Shown here in pieces: positions 55,495 through 61,120 of a stretch of DNA of 61,120 nucleotides (positions are counted from its first letter, which is position 1; the number at the start of each line of letters is the position of its first letter). Source of the DNA: a virus (lineage: Duplodnaviria > Caudoviricetes); IMG/VR virus record IMGVR_UViG_3300048856_000042, positions 1-61,120 of that record. One strand, 5' to 3'. Made by a program: the position numbers and the translations under genes. Under the pieces are notes generated by a model. It had not been told where the DNA came from and searched no databases. It saw only the letters and a list, made by a program, of their open reading frames with translations.

Positions 55495-55710
55495 ATGGCT
55501 AACAAGACTTATTCGATCAATGAAATCGCAGAGAAGATTGAAGTTCCTGCTCGCACAATTCGAAAGGTGCTTCGCGCAAATATCAATAAGGACAATCAGC
55601 CGGGGCGCGGGGCGCGATGGGCAATCGCTGAAAAGGACATTGCGAAATTGACCGAAATGGTTAATGCATTCAATGCACGCACTGAAGTTGTCGCTGATTT
55701 GGGCGAATAA
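55495..55710 (+). CDS. small winged-HTH DNA-binding protein (paralogue family member 3)
   Basis: SINEIAEKIEVPARTIRKVLR...PGRGARWAI; AAGGA RBS; AT-rich coding. Confidence 0.8.
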   Translation: MANKTYSINEIAEKIEVPARTIRKVLRANINKDNQPGRGARWAIAEKDIAKLTEMVNAFNARTEVVADLGE

Positions 55711-55729
55711 CAATTCGGCATTAATGATT

Positions 55730-55757
55730 AGGGTCTATCAATTGATAGGCCCTTTTC
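55730..55757 (+). terminator. intrinsic terminator
   Basis: AGGGTCTATCA-AT-TGATAGGCCCT followed by TTT. Confidence 0.7.
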
Positions 55758-55897
55758 ATTTGCACTGTTATTGATAATGGTTATCAGTATCACCCCGCGC
55801 GCGGGTTTGTTAGGGGTGTGTATGTATAGGAAGTATGTTCGAAAGTGGGGTCATCGATGGGGTGTTTGGTCGAAGATGCATTCGGAGTCAGGGGTGG

Positions 55898-55937
55898 GGA
55901 ATAATTAGAACTCCTTCTACTCCGCTAGAATTACGAA
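55898..55937 (+). repeat. bipartite motif copy 1
   Basis: GGAATAATTAG-N16-CTAGAATTACGA. Confidence 0.8.
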
Positions 55938-56392
55938 TCCTCTCTGCTCTCTTTCGATTCTCAGGATACACATCTTCCCGTCTTTCTCGTCCAGCTATAC
56001 CCTACGAATGCTCTTATATAGTCCCCGCGCGGGGGCATATGCATGATCAGAATGCTCCCTATCGACTCTCAAATTTGATGGCGCATCATTTATCATCATG
56101 AAAGTTCCGGCAATCCCAGAGAGTGATCTCGCAATCCCCAGGGCATTCTCTGATCATTGATCGATCGCATATCGCACGGATCGACCAGAATCGTTTCTCC
56201 CCCCGTTCCTCAGCTTCTCGTCCGTCCCATCTTCTCTAATGTATCTCTAACAGAAGCTCGTTCCGTCCAGTCCGTCTCGTCTTTCTCTCCCTCGGCTTCT
56301 CGTCTTTCTCTTCCACACCGGACAGGCAAGCGGACTCGGGAGAAAGCGAGGAGCGGTCAAAGACCGACGAGACTCCGAGGATTCTAAGGTCC

Positions 56393-56431
56393 GGAATAAT
56401 TTGAAAACACAAGTCTGCCCTAGAATTATGA
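56393..56431 (+). repeat. bipartite motif copy 2
   Basis: GGAATAATTTG-N16-CTAGAATTATGA. Confidence 0.8.
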
Positions 56432-56485
56432 GGTTCTAGAGCGGTCCTTTAGGCTATCCCTCGAGCCGAGAGTCGTCCCGTCAGC

Positions 56486-56887
56486 TCAAGTGTCGTGATT
56501 GGGAAAGTACTGGCGGATGACTCGGCAGTCTTCCTCGTCGTCGTCGAAGCAGCCCTGATAGTCACCGTGGTGAACTGGGCATAGCGAGTTCTCGAGATAC
56601 TGGTGAGAGAGCCAGTCAATCGAGTACTTGTCGGTCAGGATGACGGCCAGAGCCTGGTACAGATCGTTGATCGTAGCATCGATGATGGACTCGTGCCGGA
56701 CAATTGAGAGATAGTCGTCAATATAGTCGGACTTGCGAATCGTGGTCAGGTCGTTATCCGAGCCGAGCAGGTCTCTCCAGATTTCCTGAGACATCGTGTA
56801 GATGTCATCAGATCGATAGGGATGGTTACCCTTGTCAGGCGATGTGATGATGTCGAGTACCCGTCGGCGGGCTTCAGTAGCGTTCAT
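56486..56887 (-). CDS. hypothetical protein
   Basis: Coupled; CPVH...C motif. Confidence 0.7.
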   Translation of the reverse strand: MNATEARRRVLDIITSPDKGNHPYRSDDIYTMSQEIWRDLLGSDNDLTTIRKSDYIDDYLSIVRHESIIDATINDLYQALAVILTDKYSIDWLSHQYLENSLCPVHHGDYQGCFDDDEEDCRVIRQYFPNHDT

Positions 56888-57195
56888 GAGTAGATCCTCT
56901 CCAGAAGCTTGGTGGCAACGAATGAGCAGATGCTATCCAGTTGGCTGTAGTAGTCCCCGTCACGGATGGCCTGGACCTCGTCCTCTTCCCAGCCAAGATC
57001 CTCATCGTTGCCGTTCTTGAGCAGGTCGTGGATGTCAGCGCAGAGGGCCTCTTTCAGTCGGTGATGAACGGTTACCTCCTCGTCGTAATCGGTGTAATTG
57101 TCTTCGAGGTACTCATGCAGAGCGTTCTCATCGGTGAGGTCATTGTAGTAGTAGTCGATGGCGCGTTCGGCGAGTTTATCGTGGTAGAGAGTCAT
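56884..57195 (-). CDS. acidic hypothetical protein
   Basis: D/E/Y-rich; RBS present. Confidence 0.7.
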   Translation of the reverse strand: MTLYHDKLAERAIDYYYNDLTDENALHEYLEDNYTDYDEEVTVHHRLKEALCADIHDLLKNGNDEDLGWEEDEVQAIRDGDYYSQLDSICSFVATKLLERIYS

Positions 57196-57270
57196 TGTTT
57201 CATCCCCTTATGGAATCGATTTGATTTGATATTTCATCATATCAAACCCTGTGAGCCTTGTATACTGAGA

Positions 57271-57513
57271 TCAATCTTGGTAGATCGTAACCCCCTCGAC
57301 CGTGATGAAGCTTCTCCCCTGACCGTTCCCCATTTCGTCAGCATCCCAGTAACAGTTGTCGGAATCTTCCATTGCGCATGGAGGCAGTCCTTGTGTCCAA
57401 TCCTTCTCGGCTGCGGTGTCCATGAAAGCCCACACCAGCGGAAAGATGCAAGCTGCCATGACTGCCAGGACTACCAGCTTCATCCAGATCGGCTCCTTCT
57501 TCTCCATGATCAC
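57271..57513 (-). CDS. small membrane protein
   Basis: TM helix; PCAMEDSDNCYWDA..MGNGQGRSF. Confidence 0.7.
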   Translation of the reverse strand: MIMEKKEPIWMKLVVLAVMAACIFPLVWAFMDTAAEKDWTQGLPPCAMEDSDNCYWDADEMGNGQGRSFITVEGVTIYQD

Positions 57514-57836
57514 TCCCCGTACTGTGTCTGTCGTGCCGGCCTGGGCGATCCAGGTAGCGCTGCTGCGTGACTGTTGATTGCCTGCTGAATGAACTCTCCA
57601 GCTTTGTAGAGATCCATTTCAATCCAGACCTCATCGAACTCCTCATTGCTCTTCTCGTCAAAGCCATGCCTGACTCTGAACTTGAACTGCATCCGAGGCA
57701 TTTCTCGAAACCCCTGCACGATCGCTCTGGTCGCTGTGGCGAACTCACCCTCGAGCACCATAACCTGAGGGTCTGGCTTCTTCGAGAACGTGAACTCTTC
57801 GATCGGAACTACCCGCTTCTTGAACCATTTAGCCAT
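57510..57836 (-). CDS. hypothetical protein
   Basis: RBS; coupled. Confidence 0.7.
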   Translation of the reverse strand: MAKWFKKRVVPIEEFTFSKKPDPQVMVLEGEFATATRAIVQGFREMPRMQFKFRVRHGFDEKSNEEFDEVWIEMDLYKAGEFIQQAINSHAAALPGSPRPARQTQYGE

Positions 57837-57845
57837 GTCGTCCCC

Positions 57846-58121
57846 TTAGATATCGTCGATGGTCGGTGCCGGCTCGGGCTGCGGCGTGAAGTAGTTCGCG
57901 ATGAGCTGTTCTGCGACGATCTCAAGAACGGCGAACTGGTGATCCTCGTTCTCAGTGCTCCAGCCCTCGGGCATTCCCACTTCGTCGATGATCGCATCCT
58001 CGGCCTTCTGGATGAGTTCCTCGACTGCCCTCTGGATGTCCCTCCCTCCGAGTCGTTCGAACACCAGCTCCTTGTAGTTCTCGAGTTCCATTCGCATCTC
58101 TTTCCTCGTTTTGATACCCAT
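57846..58121 (-). CDS. hypothetical acidic protein
   Basis: AAGGAG RBS. Confidence 0.7.
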   Translation of the reverse strand: MGIKTRKEMRMELENYKELVFERLGGRDIQRAVEELIQKAEDAIIDEVGMPEGWSTENEDHQFAVLEIVAEQLIANYFTPQPEPAPTIDDI

Positions 58122-58123
58122 GA

Positions 58124-58453
58124 TCAGTTCTCCTTGTCCAGGTGTGACTCGTCCTTGTGAAGCAACTGAAGCATACCGAACTGCTCCAGTGTGGTGAGCG
58201 CATCGAACAGCTCGTCCATGGTGGGCCAGCTTCCCAGCATCACATTGTGATCGAGGCTGTCCGGCCCGTATACGGCTTCTGAGTGGTTCTTGGCCAGCTC
58301 TCTATAGAGCGTTCCCATGACATCCATCAGGTCGATACCGTCTTCGTCGTACTGACCCTGTCGAATCCTGCACCGGTAATCCAGTGCCTGTCCGAGTCGT
58401 GCCAGTGATCTTGGCGTGATCTCGATCTGTGTAACCTGTATCATCTTCGTCAA
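58124..58453 (-). CDS. hypothetical protein
   Basis: Downstream of TGATATGAT promoter; start uncertain. Confidence 0.65.
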   Translation of the reverse strand: MTKMIQVTQIEITPRSLARLGQALDYRCRIRQGQYDEDGIDLMDVMGTLYRELAKNHSEAVYGPDSLDHNVMLGSWPTMDELFDALTTLEQFGMLQLLHKDESHLDKEN

Positions 58454-58597
58454 CCCCTTTCATTCAATTTCATATGCGCGATTGCGATATCAATATCATA
58501 TCATGCTGGGTATACTCCCTAAACACCACTGTCATTGGAGTCGCGGATCGCTCCCTAGAGCTGTCCCAAACTCCATCAAACTTTTTTCTTCCCGCTG

Positions 58598-58626
58598 TTG
58601 ACAGGGTTGCTAGGTCGTTATATGGT
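58598..58626 (+). promoter_or_regulatory. SigA-type promoter
   Basis: TTGACA-N17-TATGGT. Confidence 0.75.
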
Positions 58627-58695
58627 TGTATTAATCGATCAACTGATCGAAGGAAATGATGATCACAGGATCACCAAGAACAAGGAGATGAAGAA

Positions 58696-58926
58696 ATGGC
58701 ACAGATCACGGTTAACGAGCTGGCAGAGCAGCTGGAGACGACGCCCCGTACGGCACGGAAGTTCCTGCGGACGATCACTCCGAAGGAGGAGCAGCCCGGA
58801 AAGGGCAAGCGCTGGCAGATCCAGAAGCGCGACGTCCGAGGGCTGGTGAAGAAGTTCGCCACCTTCGAGAAGGAGCACATGCGGCAGATCGAGGAAGAGC
58901 TCGAAGCCGACACCGAGACCGAGTAA
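58696..58926 (+). CDS. small winged-HTH DNA-binding protein with acidic tail (paralogue family member 4)
   Basis: TVNELAEQLETTPRTARKFLR...PGKGKRWQI; AAGGAG RBS. Confidence 0.8.
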   Translation: MAQITVNELAEQLETTPRTARKFLRTITPKEEQPGKGKRWQIQKRDVRGLVKKFATFEKEHMRQIEEELEADTETE

Positions 58927-58991
58927 TCTCTCTGGGGAGGGATACTCAAAGAAGGCTGCTTGCAGCCTCTGAGCTGACTGGGGTTTCAGCG

Positions 58992-59032
58992 CCAGAAGAC
59001 CTAGCTTATGGGGATGAGTTAGGTCTTACTGG
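58992..59032 (+). other. long hairpin (terminator-like)
   Basis: CCAG-AAGACCTAGCTTAT-GGGG-ATGAGTTAGGTCTT-A-CTGG. Confidence 0.6.
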
Positions 59033-59157
59033 TTGGTAAGATTCCCGTCTCGTCCGTCTCTTGGCTCCCATTCTTCCTCTCCTCTATGCTCTACGGAGTA
59101 TATGAGACTCACTTAGAACTCTATGGAGAATACAGAATCCTTGGATATACGCTGGAA

Positions 59158-59197
59158 GGAATAATTTGGGGTCTCAAAATGCTCCTAGAATTACGAA
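59158..59197 (+). repeat. bipartite motif copy 3
   Basis: GGAATAATTTG-N16-CTAGAATTACGA. Confidence 0.8.
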
Positions 59198-59566
59198 ACT
59201 GTTCTCGGTCCGTTCTCTTTCCGTTCCGGATCCGCCGTATTCACCGTGCCACTCATTCCTCAAAGTATATCCGTCCCATGTACTCTGTCATCGCCGTTCC
59301 ACGATAATGTTTCTCGTTCCTCATTTTACCGTGGTATCCATACCTCCTGGAACCCATTCCCCCAACTCACATCAGATCATCACTCCCATCTCTCCCATCT
59401 CAATCGTCTTCACCAATTCCACACCGAACAGCTTGGAATTCACATTACACCACTCAGCCTTTCCCTCACTTCATCGTAGAGTACTCGGCTTGAGCGAATC
59501 GGCCTGTGTGTCACTGCGCCGCATGGCGCAAGGGACGCACTTGTCAGTATTGGCTTAGGGCAGAGA

Positions 59567-60184
59567 CTACTCGGTCAGCATCCACTTCTCTGGCCTACCC
59601 CCAAGAGCTTTCACTCTTCCCTTAGTTGCAAGAGCAAGCATCTGACTCTTCGTATATCCTGCCTTGTTGAACCCTTGAGCCTTCGCTGCCTCTCGAGTTG
59701 TGAATGGTCCTCCCCTGCGCCCTTGGTCCTCCAGCCAGCCGGCAATGAGGTTCCAGGCCTGTTGCTGCTTATCTGTCAAAATCAACTTCTGCAGCTTCTT
59801 TTCGTCCTTGACTTGGCCAGCGATGACCGTTTGATTTCCCGAGGACAGTACTCCCTTGATCTCTGAAAGAACCCTGGGGCTGACCTCAGCGATCCATCGA
59901 GCCTCGATCAAGTCCGCCAATTTGGCAGCCTCAGCAAGCATTTCATACTGCTCTCCCTGCTTACTGATCAACCAAGCCTTTGCCATATAGTGCTTGATGT
60001 GACCCTCTGACTTCAGCTTGGTCAAGTCCTCGGTCACTTGCTTGGGACCAAGTCCTGTCATCAGCCCGATTCTAAGCTCGGTTGTTGCCCCCCGAACGAT
60101 TGCCCAGAGCACAGGCTCATCGGCTCTGAGGTTCTCCAAGCGCTGCATGATCTCTTGAGTCTTATTTGTAGGTGATTTACTCAT
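59567..60184 (-). CDS. protein with two winged-HTH-like domains (leaderless)
   Basis: ATTELRIGLMTGLGPKQVTEDLTKLKSEG and FTTREAAKAQG...LATKGRV; ATG at the predicted +1 of TTGACA-N17-TAAACT. Confidence 0.7.
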   Translation of the reverse strand: MSKSPTNKTQEIMQRLENLRADEPVLWAIVRGATTELRIGLMTGLGPKQVTEDLTKLKSEGHIKHYMAKAWLISKQGEQYEMLAEAAKLADLIEARWIAEVSPRVLSEIKGVLSSGNQTVIAGQVKDEKKLQKLILTDKQQQAWNLIAGWLEDQGRRGGPFTTREAAKAQGFNKAGYTKSQMLALATKGRVKALGGRPEKWMLTE

Positions 60185-60190
60185 ATATTG

Positions 60191-60364
60191 AGTTTATCTC
60201 ACTAGCTTACTCTTGTCAACAGCAAGAAACCCCCACCTGGTAGTGAGGGATTAGAGAATGATTTCTGATGTTAGTGAGCCATGAGGGTTATAAGGGAATA
60301 GGAATCGTTCATATTCGCTGGGAGGCGATAAACAAATCCTATCCATAAACCAGGCACTTGTCAA
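60191..60364 (-). promoter_or_regulatory. two tandem SigA-type promoters
   Basis: TTGACA-N17-TAAACT (60219-60191) and TTGACA-N17-TAGGAT (60364-60336). Confidence 0.7.
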
Positions 60365-60519
60365 TATCATGGGAACGAACTCTTATTCCCTCGCATTCTT
60401 CGAATATACCGTGGTATCCCTGACACAATACTGGTCGCGCGTGCGCGGGGATGGGTATATGAGCCTTAGTGGCGATAATGCCCTATGATATGATGGTGAC
60501 AATGACGAAAGGGCGGACA

Positions 60520-60984
60520 ATGGCACACATGCCGAATCAGGTGACGGTTCACATCACTCAAGGGGAACTGGCTCAGCAGCTGGAGGAACTGGCGCTTCAG
60601 TATGAGGAGGTCGTGCAGACTCTCCGCTGGCAGGCTGAGAACCTTCGTTCTGGGTTTGACCTGACGCTGGATATACGGGCCACTCAGGTCAGTCAGCCCG
60701 TGAGGAATTTTGATCCCCCACCGAACGAAGAAGATGAGGCTGAAGCGTTCGCAGAGCCCAAGACCAAGGCCCAGAACGATGCGCTGATTCGATTGAGGCG
60801 AGAAGCCGAGGCACAGCGCAATCGCCTTGCCCGTGAGCAAGGTACTCCCAGCATCTTCGATGCGTTCGAGCCCAAAGTGGGTCTGAAGTCAACCCCCGAA
60901 AAGTCCGTCAACAAGCTGCCCCAAGAAGCCATCGACCTCATCGACTCGATGACCAACACAAGCAACAAGGGAGAAGAAGAATGA
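60520..60984 (+). CDS. hypothetical protein
   Basis: Downstream of TGATATGAT (60486-60494); first gene of the plus-strand operon that crosses the junction. Confidence 0.7.
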   Translation: MAHMPNQVTVHITQGELAQQLEELALQYEEVVQTLRWQAENLRSGFDLTLDIRATQVSQPVRNFDPPPNEEDEAEAFAEPKTKAQNDALIRLRREAEAQRNRLAREQGTPSIFDAFEPKVGLKSTPEKSVNKLPQEAIDLIDSMTNTSNKGEEE

Positions 60985-61024
60985 CTATGCAAGGTTCTCG
61001 CCGCATTTCTGGTGTGGAGAACGA

Positions 61025-61120
61025 ATGAGTACCGAACCTGAAGTTACTCCCGAGATGGCTATTCTTGGGGCCTGGTATAACCAACAGGTTGAGACTCTAA
61101 CTGCTGTTGCCACGGCTATC
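61025..61120 (+). CDS. 5' part of hypothetical protein continuing at position 1
   Basis: GGAG RBS; open to the window end and in frame with 1-105. Confidence 0.7.
   Translation, partial: MSTEPEVTPEMAILGAWYNQQVETLTAVATAI

Noticed and set aside
59086-59558. Plus-strand ORFs in the non-coding block (also 55835-56387)
   Set aside because: No convincing RBS, atypical S/P/H-rich composition and atypical codon use

Overview
The window looks like a complete, circularly permuted ~61 kb genome of a lytic siphovirus infecting an actinobacterium, probably a Microbacterium-like host. An ORF runs in frame across the 61120/1 junction, many genes appear leaderless, one protein carries an LAxTG sorting signal, and no integrase is recognisable. 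The minus strand carries a virion/lysis module (about 25.4-49.8 kb: TerS-like, JAB protein, endolysin, holin, TerL, portal, scaffold, capsid, tail chaperones, tape measure, tail tip). It also carries a replication and nucleotide-metabolism module (about 3.9-24 kb: primase-helicase, VRR-NUC, SSB, AAA ATPase, PD-(D/E)XK exonuclease, PolA with an N-terminal UDG-like domain, dCMP deaminase, two thymidylate-synthase-fold proteins, all-alpha dNTP pyrophosphatase, dNMP kinase, SNF2 helicase). Most notable: (1) a probable pyrimidine-modification pathway built on two divergent TS paralogues with Asp at the dUMP/dCMP specificity position, next to a PolA carrying a degenerate UDG fold; (2) a tRNA-Ala-like RNA (G3-U70, A73) whose anticodon arm is replaced by a ~60-nt multi-hairpin domain, beside a normal tRNA-Asn; (3) four dispersed, separately promoted paralogous HTH genes; (4) a 3-copy, exactly spaced bipartite motif in two non-coding blocks that may mark genome ends; (5) a candidate +1 tail-chaperone frameshift at UUU-CGU. 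All calls come from reading motifs by eye; no database searches were run.
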